NCBI GenBank assembly: GCA_965222605.1
Contig: OZ244960.1
Coordinates: 128,001-192,000, forward strand
Direction of reading: 5' to 3'
Source: Candidatus Latescibacterota bacterium
GTDB taxonomy: Bacteria; Latescibacterota; UBA2968
DNA length: 64,000 nt
This document shows, in pieces, positions 37,432 through 48,000 of this stretch. Below the pieces are notes generated by a model. The model saw nothing but the letters and a program-made list of their open reading frames with translations. It ran no database searches and had not been told where the DNA came from. Both the position numbers and the translations under genes were made by a program. How positions within the stretch are numbered: the first letter of the stretch is position 1; each line of letters begins with the position of its first letter.

Positions 37432-39054
37432 TTAACGCGATTCACCAAAATGGGAAACAAAAATGAGAAAATCCCGAAAATCAACAGGTCCATCCCCGTT
37501 GAAATCCAATTTTGAATCATAATTATTATCCGTGTGCAAGTGCTTAAAACCATCCGCAAAACGCAGAAAATCGGAAAATGCAACGCGCCCATCGCCATCG
37601 ACATCGCATACGAGATCCGTCGCCATACTTCCGCCGGTTGACAGCGTGTAATTCACGCGCCGCCTTTCACCTGAAAGCGATGTTTCCATCACAATAAATA
37701 CAATCTCTTCAAAACGATTGGCTCTTGGAATCACCACCGTTGTCCCGCGCGGGTACAATAGCTCAACCCCAGACGGAGAGATCAGCATAACCAGCAACTT
37801 CCACTGCCCCCGATCATCCAGTGCAAACGTCCCCCGAAGCCCACCTGCGATATTCGAAGTTGCCACGCGCAAATATGTAGTCCCCAAATGATCAACCGTT
37901 TCAGACCCTTCAAAAGAGCCACCTGTACCGAGAAAAATATCGGCATGCTTTATCGAGGGCAAATCGCGCGCCTCAACATAATACTCGGGACGTGTACGCA
38001 CATCAGTTAAATAATTCCACGCGGCAAACCGCGGCATCACCTGGGCAAATCCGCCCAGAGGCATCCCATCATCAATAAGCGACAAATTATATTTGCTCGA
38101 GTCGCGTCTTTTGAGCAATTCCCAAACACTTTTGATCACATCGACACCGTAAACCTGCTCAATGTGGTGAGCAAAAATAGCAGCACCCAAAGCATGAACA
38201 ACACTAGAAAACTCGTCCAATGAGGCTTCGGGATCGTCGTAAATACACGAATGATAGCTCGGGCAATTTATGATGTACTGATAAAAATCATTCACATCGG
38301 GATAAGCCACATCCTCCATCCAGGTCGCCGTGAGTTCCTGCCACCACGCAGCACCATAGTCGGCATAATACCCAAATTGAATCGCGTGAAAAAACTCGTG
38401 TGCAGCCGTCACGCGCAAACCATTGAGTCCGCGAGCATGTCGGTAAGTATTATCCGTAAAATTATTGTCAATTTCTATATAACTCGGTGTCGTCAATTCT
38501 GATACAATCGGCCAAGCATAGCCATAAGCGGACTGAAGGGCGAGATTTTTAATATACACATCGTAAATACCATCGCCATCGGATGGAGGGGGATTGTAGC
38601 CCAATTGATTGATCTCCAAATCCCAAACCGCCTCAAAAACGCGCGCGGCTTCATCGACATAATCGGGCACACCATTGGCATTCGCGTCTGTTGGATCAAC
38701 GGCGTGTATTCCCGCCGTATTGTAGTGAATCTTAAAATGCCCTCTCGAAGACAGAATTGAATGACTCAGGATGGGACGTTGCTGGAGAAATGCAAATGCC
38801 TCCTTTGCCGCGGGGGGCAAACGATCCCAATTTGCGGTCAACCCCCTTATTGCCGATGTCCCACAAATAGCTCTATCCAACCGAAACTCGCTATCAGCGG
38901 GCAGAACCTCGGGGAAAAAATGGGCACATGCACGACAGTAAATATCGTGCAATTCAGTCCCGGGCGTAAAAATGGGCGGAACTTGTGCATGCACAGATCC
39001 GCCCGACAACAAAACAATCGCCAACAAAAGGACAACCCTACTCATATCAGCCAT
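37432..39054 (-). CDS. Secreted zinc metalloprotease (MXAN_6640-like) with a C-terminal dockerin/EF-hand-like pair
   Basis: Signal peptide; HF.IHY, NGVPDYV, TAAHEFFHAIQ, E.TATWMED; DVDGDGRVAFSDF...DFNGDGPVDFRDF. Confidence 0.8.
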   Translation of the reverse strand: MADMSRVVLLLAIVLLSGGSVHAQVPPIFTPGTELHDIYCRACAHFFPEVLPADSEFRLDRAICGTSAIRGLTANWDRLPPAAKEAFAFLQQRPILSHSILSSRGHFKIHYNTAGIHAVDPTDANANGVPDYVDEAARVFEAVWDLEINQLGYNPPPSDGDGIYDVYIKNLALQSAYGYAWPIVSELTTPSYIEIDNNFTDNTYRHARGLNGLRVTAAHEFFHAIQFGYYADYGAAWWQELTATWMEDVAYPDVNDFYQYIINCPSYHSCIYDDPEASLDEFSSVVHALGAAIFAHHIEQVYGVDVIKSVWELLKRRDSSKYNLSLIDDGMPLGGFAQVMPRFAAWNYLTDVRTRPEYYVEARDLPSIKHADIFLGTGGSFEGSETVDHLGTTYLRVATSNIAGGLRGTFALDDRGQWKLLVMLISPSGVELLYPRGTTVVIPRANRFEEIVFIVMETSLSGERRRVNYTLSTGGSMATDLVCDVDGDGRVAFSDFLRFADGFKHLHTDNNYDSKLDFNGDGPVDFRDFLIFVSHFGESR

Positions 39055-39139
39055 CTTCTCCCAATGATGAAACATAAATATGTGCAGCTACTTCAAGCCC
39101 GAGCGAATACGCGGCCTCGCCATTGACCACAATTTCCAG

Positions 39140-39349
39140 TGGAGTTACCCCGTTATGCGGGGCCAGTCCAGTTGCGACGCTGGAAAGGCAAACGAACCAT
39201 AGGAACAGGACTATAGCTGGCTTCCAACATGTGGAATCTCTGTGTTCGAATGAAGGAATTCTGCCCAGAGGCTGCGAAAGGCAGAGCGAGCAGCAAACAC
39301 AGGCTTGAAACCCAAGCCCTAAATACTCCACCAAAGCGGGGTAACTCCA
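39140..39349 (+). mobile_element. 210-bp internally deleted IS3-family element (MITE-like)
   Basis: Terminal inverted repeats TGGAGTTACCCCG / CGGGGTAACTCCA (TG...CA ends), similar to the IS3 left end at 42830; no target-site duplication visible. Confidence 0.65.
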
Positions 39350-39505
39350 GTTTTGAACGATCTCAAAACAGCATCCATTGATCACATTGTGTGCCTGGGT
39401 GATACTGCCTCTGGCGGTCCCCAACCATGTGAGGTTATTGCTCAGTTGAAATCTCTGAATGATTCTGTCGTCATGGGCAACATGGATATGTGGTGTCTTG
39501 ATCCA
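39350..39505 (+). pseudogene. Metallophosphoesterase fragment
   Basis: IDHIVCLGD...GPQP.EV......VMGN.D; truncated at both ends. Confidence 0.7.
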
Positions 39506-39508
39506 CTA

Positions 39509-40852
39509 TTATCTCGGGTCCATTACTCGCCCGACAAACAGGGTGGTATTGGTCGCTATGTCTCGAATGAGGAAGATAAATGGCCGATCGACCGCGACCA
39601 CAATCGGAGGTGGGGGAACGGATATTATCCCTACGACTCCGGCAGTGGCTGCAGCGGCTTCTGTGCCCTTCTCATCTACGAGAACGAATGCCTTGTGAAA
39701 CGCATCTGAAATGAACAGTTCTTTTGTTCCATCCATGCCCGAGAAGTCTGCTAATTGCGGGTCAAAGGCGTCTGTCATTCCTATCTTTTGGAGCGTTGCG
39801 GCCAGCTTGAATTGGGCTTCAAACTCGAATGAAGGCATTGTGAGTTCTACGTGCTCGTGGCTCAGGTCTTCCGAAATCTGACTGACGAGTTCGGCGTTTA
39901 GCGTATTTTCGAACGGTTCAAAATTGCCTTTGTCGGGAAGCAGGATGACCATGGATATTTCACTGCCGTCGTAGAGCAATTCCACGGCTTGATATCCTGT
40001 GCCCTTCGCATAGCCGAATGACTCGGCCTGTCGCATCATCGGTACTTTTATGCTGCTGCCATTTAGCAAATGGTAGTCGCCTTCAGCAGTGGCTTTTTCG
40101 TCGAAGGGGTAGAGCCAGGCCGCGTTGAAGTAGATGGCATTGGTGAGGACTAAGCGGGTGTAGTTGTCGATAGCGCCGGAAGGTATCAGGTCTTTGATTT
40201 TGTCTTCTGTCTGATGGGCGACCCAGTCGTTGATCGCGAATCGCGAGTTTTCTGGTGCCTCATTGAAATTTGCGATTTTCATTCCAGCACCGTAATTCTC
40301 AGCCAGTTTGTCCAGAAAGTCCTGCAGGAAGTCATAGCCCTGTTGTCCCCAGATCGCATTGGCGATGTTCAATCGAAATCCCTTGCCATCTTTGCCACTG
40401 CTCCCTTCGCCGCGAGAGGCGAGTTGGAGATCGAGGGCGTTGAACGCAGGATGCAACTTGTCCTGGGACAAGATGAAGTGTAGTGTGTTCGAAATCTGGC
40501 GTTCGGTTTCGCCTCTGGCACCGGCATAGGTCATGGCAAGTGCCAGCGAGATGCTGTAGGGCGAATAAAAAAGGTTCCCATCTTCCTCGCGCAATTCTTG
40601 ATACAGGCCGAAAGCCAAGGCGTTGTTTCCATGTGCCAGGTCTGTTAGCTCTGAATCTGTCGCCAGGTGTACGGTTACTCGCGTCTTTTCTGATCGTACT
40701 TCTTCCGTCGCAGACGGTGTCTCGGCTGGAGGTGGTGCCGTGGGCGAGGAGATCTCCGGTAATTTGCCGCATCCAATTAGTATTATAGCAGGTAGCAAAC
40801 AGTTGGTAAGGTGGGAAAGCCCCATTCTATATGGCGTTTGGGTCATTTTCAT
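39509..40852 (-). CDS. Serpin (serine protease inhibitor), probable lipoprotein
   Basis: NLFYSPYSIS.ALAM...GA.G.T, LTNAIYF...W, hinge EKGTEAAAAT, DRPF.F.IRD, LF.GRV.DP; lipobox LIGC; SD AAGGAGG. Confidence 0.93.
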   Translation of the reverse strand: MKMTQTPYRMGLSHLTNCLLPAIILIGCGKLPEISSPTAPPPAETPSATEEVRSEKTRVTVHLATDSELTDLAHGNNALAFGLYQELREEDGNLFYSPYSISLALAMTYAGARGETERQISNTLHFILSQDKLHPAFNALDLQLASRGEGSSGKDGKGFRLNIANAIWGQQGYDFLQDFLDKLAENYGAGMKIANFNEAPENSRFAINDWVAHQTEDKIKDLIPSGAIDNYTRLVLTNAIYFNAAWLYPFDEKATAEGDYHLLNGSSIKVPMMRQAESFGYAKGTGYQAVELLYDGSEISMVILLPDKGNFEPFENTLNAELVSQISEDLSHEHVELTMPSFEFEAQFKLAATLQKIGMTDAFDPQLADFSGMDGTKELFISDAFHKAFVLVDEKGTEAAAATAGVVGIISVPPPPIVVAVDRPFIFLIRDIATNTTLFVGRVMDPR

Positions 40853-40921
40853 TTTAGCCTCCTTGAATTGTTCGTGGTGAGGATTCCCCGGCGGAAAACG
40901 AGATATCATATTTTGTTAATC

Positions 40922-40951
40922 TGGACGCTCTTGGACGCTCTTGGACGCTCT
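40922..40951. repeat. Tandem 10-bp repeat (TGGACGCTCT)x3 upstream of the serpin
   Basis: Read directly from the sequence. Confidence 0.85.
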
Positions 40952-41312
40952 CGTTTAAAAAAGGTTCCGCCTTTCTCGCGCAGTTCTTGATACAGGCTGA
41001 AAGCGAAGGCGTTTTTGAGTATAAAGGTAATTATACGCAAAATTTAAGACCAATCAGTATCAATGATGCTGATTGGTCTTTGGACAAAAAGATGTGGCCC
41101 GAAATAAATGCTGAAGCCCGCAGGATCAGACCTGCGGGCTTCCTTGTATTTAGTTTGCAAATCCGCTATATTGTGTTTGATGGTTCGCGGCGGTCACGCG
41201 CGTTTGTGTCTAACTCGCCAATATATACAAACCCCTGATCGTAGCCCGACATACAGCTATACTTAGACACAGTAACCACCACACCACACGCGAAGGGAGA
41301 TTCATCATACAA

Positions 41313-41519
41313 ATGCCAACCATTGAAACCCGCGTTGCTTCTCTTGAAGCTGTCCAGGCGCAAATCAATGAGCGGCTCGGCAACATCGAACAAGAATTGC
41401 GCGATATTCGGGTCGATGCACGGCAAAACACACGATGGCTGTTTGGTTTGCTGGTCACGGTGTTGCTTGCCAACATTGGCACGGCAATTTCAATCATCGT
41501 TTCCTTGTCACGGCAATAA
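41313..41519 (+). CDS. Small coiled-coil + single-TM protein (paralog of 33620-33862)
   Basis: Shares RVASLEAVQAQINERLGNIEQ and LL.TVLLANIGTAI; shared upstream -10 box + TAGACACAGTAA. Confidence 0.75.
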   Translation: MPTIETRVASLEAVQAQINERLGNIEQELRDIRVDARQNTRWLFGLLVTVLLANIGTAISIIVSLSRQ

Positions 41520-41529
41520 ACACAAAAGG

Positions 41530-42259
41530 GCTTCCCGAATGCCGCATCATCACCAGCTTCCGCAGCGTTCAAATAAGCTGTCATAGGTGTTTTCGCATCC
41601 ACCGGCAGCTCTCCCCCACTAGGCAAATATACAACCATATCCGGACGGCCACTGTCACCTGACACCTGTTCCTCAAAAGCCATATACTGCTCCATGCCCA
41701 CCAATTCCACCACACGACGCAACTGCACCTCGCCCCATTGCCCACGCACAGAAGACGATTTAAGAGCCTCAGACAATGTGACGGTCGTGGTCTGAAGTTT
41801 GTGCTGCACATCCACGAGTTCCTTCAATTGCTGACCGAGTGCCCGATACGCGCCTTCTCGTTTTTCCTCCAGCGACCGCACATGCCCATCCAGCTTGTCC
41901 AAATTCTCTCGCACCGGCGTCATTAAGTTTTGCATTTCCGATTTCTGAGTCTTCCAATCGCCGCGCACCTCATTCAGCACGTTGGTCATCTGCGTGTGCG
42001 CCTGTTTCAAAAAAGCATCCGCATTGTGACGCAATGACTTGCCCGCCAGTGAGTCAAAAGCCTCGCGCAATTTTTCTTCCGCATTTTTGATCCACTCCTC
42101 TTTGTCAGCCTGGGCTTCCTTCTCGCTCTGCAACTTCGCCAACTCAATTCGCAAAGCCTCATCCCCACCCTGCGAATTGGCTCTGCGCCACAGCTCCATA
42201 ATCGCGCCCCCAACCACGCCCCCAATTACAAATGCGATCAATAGATACAGCATTTCCAT
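41530..42259 (-). pseudogene. rmuC: 3'-truncated RmuC
   Basis: TM + coiled coil, RG.WGE.QL, RPD.V..LP, VDAK.P; breaks off at the convergent small gene. Confidence 0.8.
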
Positions 42260-42370
42260 GTAGAAACTCCTTTTGTGGTTACACCGGTGTCAAATCACTT
42301 AACGAGATTTGACTGAGGTTTTGTGTCACCTGCCGTAACCTAACTCGTAAAACGTCAAGGAACGCTTTTA

Positions 42371-42592
42371 GTGATGAATCATTTTATTCCGCGCACCCTC
42401 AATCATCTTGAAGAGCGTTTGGACAAACGCATATTTTTTCGCGTCAATCGCCAACAAATTGTCAATTTACAATACATCGAAAAAATTGAGCCCTATTTTC
42501 AAGGCAGCCTAAAAGTGTTGTTGAAAGGGGGCTATGAAATTGAAATTTCCCGACGTCAGGCACAAAAATTCCGAGAACGCCTGAGTCTTTAA
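42371..42592 (+). pseudogene. C-terminal LytTR DNA-binding fragment of a response regulator
   Basis: TL..LEERLD...FFRVNRQ.IVNL..I..IEP, ISRR; no receiver domain. Confidence 0.75.
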
Positions 42593-42631
42593 TCTGCGCA
42601 AATGTACCAACTGGAAGGAGGTGACGTTATT

Positions 42632-42826
42632 ATGGCAGATTTCGCTGTAGGTTTCGGTCCAGGTATCGCTGTAGGTATCGCTATAGGAGCAGGTACTGGG
42701 AAACGAAGCGCGCGCAATAAACTTGAGAATCAGCTACGCAAAGCGATCTCCGACAACGAGCTTTCTATTCGCGATAAGAATGAGGAAACGTTGACAGTCA
42801 ATGAACTTTTTGAGTTTCTCGACTAA
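42632..42826 (+). CDS. Small hypothetical membrane-anchored protein
   Basis: SD AAGGAGGTG, Gly-rich hydrophobic N-terminus; ends 3 bp before the IS3 left end. Confidence 0.5.
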   Translation: MADFAVGFGPGIAVGIAIGAGTGKRSARNKLENQLRKAISDNELSIRDKNEETLTVNELFEFLD

Positions 42827-42829
42827 AAC

Positions 42830-43305
42830 TGGACTTGACCCGTTTCGGTGGGTACCTTATGAGTAGTTAGAAAGGAGACCCACTATGCCACCAACACGTC
42901 CACCTTATCCATCCGAGTTGAAGCGCCAGATCGTCGAGCTTGTGCGCGCTGGTCGCAGTCCTTCTGAATTGGCCAGAGAGTTTGAGCCGACCGCTCAGAC
43001 GATCCAAAACTGGATACGCCAAGCTGATCGGGACCAGGGACTTCGAGAAGATGGCCTGACCAGTGATGAGCGAGAAGAGTTGCGTCGTCTTCGACGCGAG
43101 AATAAGCAGTTGCGCATCGAGCGCGAGATACTGTCAAAAGCAGCGGCCTAATTCGCAGAGGAGACCGATGCGAACCCCAACAAATCTTCGCGTTAGTCAA
43201 AGCACTCCAGGCTTTTTGGCCAATCACCACGCAATGCCGAGTACTGGGTGTCTCCCTCAGTGGGTATTATGCTTGGACGACACGTACACTATCCAAACGA
43301 GCAAA
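42830..43305 (+). mobile_element. Degenerate IS3-family element (left end, orfA 42885-43151 with premature stop, start of orfB)
   Basis: Left end TGGACTTGACCCG; orfA YP.E.K.Q.VEL...EEL.RLRREN..LR.ER.IL.KAAA; orfB-like CRVLGVS.SGYYAW. Confidence 0.85.
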
Positions 43306-43469
43306 GAGAGTTCAGTATGGAAAATCAGAACATGGAAACACAGCTTGCAGAAATTAACGCCCGCCTCGAGTACGCACAAACGGCCTTGAGTGATCAAAAA
43401 CTCAAGGCCGTTTTTTGTCAAAATTAACGCAATCTAATATTAAACTAATACACCGTATGAAAGATAATC

Positions 43470-43700
43470 TTAAGAAGACTTCTCTGTCGAAGACTTTTCT
43501 GGCCGACTTGGCGACAAGTCTGCTCCATCATCTTTTTTCGGAGGCTTGGCTCCTTGGGGCATAGGGAGACCTACGTCGAACGAAGGTATATTCCTATCTT
43601 CCTGGAACACATGGCGGGTTTCTCGCTTGGCGGGCGCAGTTGGGGACTGCCTTTCCTTTGATGGTACTTCTTTTTTTGTGGACTTCATTTTTTTAGCCAT
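43470..43700 (-). CDS. Hypothetical low-complexity protein
   Basis: ORF with a GGAGAG SD directly after the upstream stop. Confidence 0.4.
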   Translation of the reverse strand: MAKKMKSTKKEVPSKERQSPTAPAKRETRHVFQEDRNIPSFDVGLPMPQGAKPPKKDDGADLSPSRPEKSSTEKSS

Positions 43701-43701
43701 T

Positions 43702-44109
43702 TTAACTCTCTCCTGTTGTAGAGGCCCTGATATAGGGCTGCAAATAGGCCCTTGTTCGTTCCTCTGATTCGGTGATGTACTTTGATTTTATCGGTAGAGC
43801 TTGATCTTTGAAGTGTTTGTGGGATGCCTCCAGTTTTTGCTGCTTTAGTTTGGTGACGAGGTTGAAAATATCCTCGTCGGTAAGTTTGCCTTCAAATACT
43901 GAAAACCACTGGCTTTCTGCATCCAAGGCCAGCTTTTCCACTTCTGTATTAAGGCTCCCGATCTGCTTAGCTCGTTTCTGAAATGGAAAAAATCCCTTGA
44001 TGGCATTGATCACTTGTGAGACGGCAATTACGCACCCCCAAATTATGCCATATTCATTCCAAATAACCCATCCACCAATGCTCGAACTGGAGGTGATAGC
44101 CAAGGTCAA
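43702..44109 (-). pseudogene. 5'-truncated two-TM protein, SLATT-like
   Basis: Hydrophobic segments followed by a helical tail; no proper start or SD. Confidence 0.45.
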
Positions 44110-44160
44110 GTCCGAAAAGTTCTGTAAAAAGGTAGCCCCGTGATATAGGGGTCAGAGATT

Positions 44161-44883
44161 TTATTTTAAGTACGTCATGTCCAGATAGCGTCTGATTTCG
44201 GCAATGATCTCGTCGTCTATCTTGTTGACATGTTCTTGCTGATCAATTCGGACTGCTTCGTATCCTGCATCTTCGATTCCGAGTTTAATGCCTTCTTCCC
44301 ACGCTTTTTGGGTAGAGTCGTCAAACCACATGGCCACAAAACCGCGTGACGATTCGGCATTCGCTGTCTCAAGTTCTTCAAGTCGAGCGTATCCCTCGGC
44401 CGTTAGGGTATTATGTGTATTCTCTGCACTGCTTTTTATCCAATCCTGCTCATCCAAATACTCTAATAGATACCACATCTCCTGTTCGCCAACGGATTCC
44501 GACCATGCTGCTGTTGCTGTGTTGGGTATATCATAAGGGAAAAATTCAAAATACTTGCCGATTTCTCCAATTTGATCTCCAATGTACTGGAGAAGCCGGT
44601 CCGCGCGGTCGTGGACGGACAAATCCTTTTTTTCCTCCGCCATCGTGATTGTGTTACTGTCTATTTCCGGACATTCGTTACCCAATCGGCGTTGATCGAC
44701 CAACCATGTGGTCAAGCGTGCCTTAACGCGGTCATCAATTTGCGGCAAGAGTGTAATAGCTTCCAGAGTAATGAGGTACCTTCCGCCCGCACGAGGCGAA
44801 TCTATCTTTTTTCCATATTTCTTAAAAAGATCGTGCCCGGAGGCTGGTGTATTCCAGATTGGACATTCTGATATTTCGTTCAC
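44161..44883 (-). pseudogene. wHTH + nucleoside 2-deoxyribosyltransferase-like protein, 3'-truncated
   Basis: LT..G..RL.EL, then FVAMWFD....GI...I..AGY...RID..EH.NKIDDEIIAEIRR, then an abrupt end; the usual 'S.F.VADFT...GVY.EAG' half is missing. Confidence 0.7.
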
Positions 44884-45006
44884 GCTTTCGTCTCCTTTTT
44901 TCTTTCTACTTCTAATGACAGAACTCTTTCCTTGAGTCATCGCAAAGGGTTTTACCTTTGTAAGACTTTTGTTCTTTGCCCGGTTGATGTACCTGTAGCG
45001 AGGAAC

Positions 45007-48000
45007 TCAACCTTCGGGTTCAATACCCATCCAGCAGAGAAGTTCTATTTCGTCCTGATCGATCGGGGGCAAAGGCGGAGGCGATTCAATCGGCTCGAGG
45101 CCGGTCTCGAGGATTTGCTCAATGAGAAAACCTGCGAGTGCTGTGCCCTGGTATTCGTCCGACTCGAACCAGCCGCGCAGCATGATCTCTTCGCGCCGCG
45201 GCCAGGGCGATTCCAAGATTTCGAGTGCTCGATGCACGCGGTCATCGGACATATCTAATGGGGGATTGCCGCGGATGAACTCAGCCACGCGATGGTTAAG
45301 CGGGCGCACCTGTGGCTGTAAGTTCGCGGGATCGGTTTCGCGCGTCCAGGCGATCCAGATATCGTCTCGCGCGACTTCCCAAAAATCATAGACGCTTTCT
45401 CTTAAGCCTTCTGGGTACCATAGCAGCGTGTGTTCCTCGCACTCGATGAAGCGAAGGCATGTTCCAAGTTCGCGCTCGATCGCGTCGTTATCGGCCTCGG
45501 GCTGCCAATTATCATCGGCTGGAACGAAGCGCAGATACGTGCGCTCAAAATCAGTGTCCGAACCTACCACCGCGCAGAAGAACACACCGCGACGCGTGCC
45601 TTTGATCATGCCTGATCCGATTTTCCAGGGCAGCCGCGAGATGCGCTTCTCATTTTCCTCAAGTGCCTTGCGCAACGTCTGGCGATACTCCTCACCTGTC
45701 TGAGCCGCGCCAGCGGTTCCTCCCCGCTCGTAGAGCGAGGCGTCTTCTTTCATCAATTTTTCGATCTCTTCGCGCGCTTCTGTGAATACCTGCGCGCCAT
45801 GCGCTGCGCCTTCGATCGGGGCCGCAACGCCGATGCTTGCCGCGGCCTGTGCCAGCTTACCCAGGATGCGCTGTTCCAGACTCAGAAGCTCGTCAAGGCG
45901 ATCAACCGGGAAGATCGTACGCAAGAACACGCGGTCATGAGGGCTACCGATTCGGTCAATACGCCCGTGTCGCTGCACCAACCGCATGGGATTCCAGGGC
46001 ATGTCGAAGTTGATAATATGGCGGCACTGCTGAAGATTCACCCCTTCGGCCAACACATCGGTGGCGATCATCAGGTCGTAAAGGTCGTCATCCTGTCCCA
46101 CCGGCGCCTCCATTGAAACTGGGGCAAAGCCCTGCACCGCGCGCTGGCGCGACACCTCTTCCAGATCGCCCGAACCGCTTACAACAACCATGCGATTTCG
46201 GTAAGGTGCGAGTTCTGGTCGCCTGGTAACTTCAAGCTCGAGAAAATCCCGGATCCATTCCACGGTATCCTCGAAGAACGAGAACACCAGCACTTTGCGT
46301 TTCTGCGACTCGTCGGTAGCGTCGGTCGCTTCGTATTCCGCTTGCTCAGCGATCTCAGCCAGCGCGTCTGACAATGCTTTCAGCTTGGCATCGCGTTCAG
46401 GCGTAATCAACCGGACCTCATCGGCGAGGCTTCGCAGGAGATCTCGGTCATGCACTACGACCGCGCGTAGCTGATCGGCGTCGTAAAACGATGCATCCAT
46501 GCGATGTTCTGTTTCGTCCAACAAGTCCTCGAATACTGTTTCATCGTCTGCGGAGACTTCCTTCATAAAGGCTGTAGTAACGATATAACCGGAATCCAGA
46601 GCTTCGAGAAATACGTCATGCTCTCGCGCCATTTTATCGACGGTCTTGTAGAAAGCAAAAGCCGAGGACTCGAACCGCTTCAGAAGACCTGAGCGCAACA
46701 ACCCGAGCATGGCGCTGGCGTGGGCATCCTCTTCATCTTCCCCAACGTTTTGAAGATAGGTAGCCGGTGTATAACGCGCGAACGTGATGGCATTGTCTCC
46801 ATCGGAATCGAGAGCCTCTTCCAGGCGGTCGAAGAAACCCGGTAACCGATCTTCAAGCTCGTACCGGAGACTGATTGCCTGTGGTTTCGGAAACACAATG
46901 GGTTGTGGCCTCCCGTCGGGACCGGGGATGGTGTCACCAGCGTAATGCTTCTTCACGAACTGGCGGGTCCGTTTCACCGTTGTTGCATCGATGATCGGAT
47001 AGAGCACGTCCGGACTCAGGCTGGATGGATCTTCACGCATGGCCTCTTCAAAGCGTTCTCGGATCGAAAGAATACCGCGATCGGCGAGATGGGCGTCTTG
47101 ACGAAGGAAGAAGCGCAGCAGGTGATAGAGGTCCCACAGCGAATTGTTGACAGGCGTTGCCGTCAGCAAGAGAAGATCTCGCCTTTGGCCAAAGAGAAGC
47201 CGCCGTAGTGCGGCCGCCCGGGTCGGTGCATCTGGGTTGCGATAATTGTGAGCCTCATCCACAATGACGAGCTGGTATTCGTCCAGCTCGCGTTTCAGGT
47301 GCTCTTGATCGGCATTTGGACGCTGCTTATCCCGTAGCTGAATATCGTTCGCCAATTGCTCGAAGGACAGACATTCGACGGAGAGCCAATAGTTAGACAG
47401 AAACTTTCTCCAGGTGCTGTCGCGGAGAGCCGCCGGACAGATCAGCAACGCGCGCTGGCGCCGTTCCTGGTAGATCTGGAGGATCTCCCCGGCGATAAAA
47501 GTCTTACCAAGCCCCACTTCGTCGGCAACGATAACGCCGCCAGTATCGCGGATCAGCCGCAACGCACGGGCAACGCCGTGTTTCTGAAAGCTCGTCAGCG
47601 GTAGTTTGTCATCGACCAGGGCATCCTCTTCGACTTCATCACCGTAAAGCTGCCACAACACGCGGATAAAAATATCCCAGGGCGACCGCGGTTCGAACAC
47701 AACCTCGAAGAGTTCGGCGAGATCGTAGGGCGCACTTTCTTCCCAGAGATCATCGAACCACTGCCTGGCTTCCTGGATGATAGGCCCATCGAAACGGCCG
47801 AGATTTAGTTCCAGATTGTGGGTAAGACCAGCACCAGTCAGATTCGACGAACCGACAATAATGCCTTGCGGTTTCCTATGGATGACATCCAGAGATGTGA
47901 AGATATAAGCCTTGGCGTGGAGAAATGCTTTTTCGTAACGCCGCACCTCCATGTTGCCCGCGCGAAGTGCAGCAATCAGCTTGGCCAGTGCCGCGCCATT

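Noticed and set aside
39140-39349. Retron msr-msd or HEARO/omega RNA
   Set aside because: No RT or IscB/TnpB nearby; the TG...CA ends and OrfB-like tail point to IS3.
41210-41530. C-terminal part of the 349-aa ORF as real RmuC sequence
   Set aside because: It is antisense read-through across the small convergent gene.
44158-44185. TCTGGACATGA half-site at the NDT-like gene truncation
   Set aside because: Only one arm resembles the core site; this is within chance.
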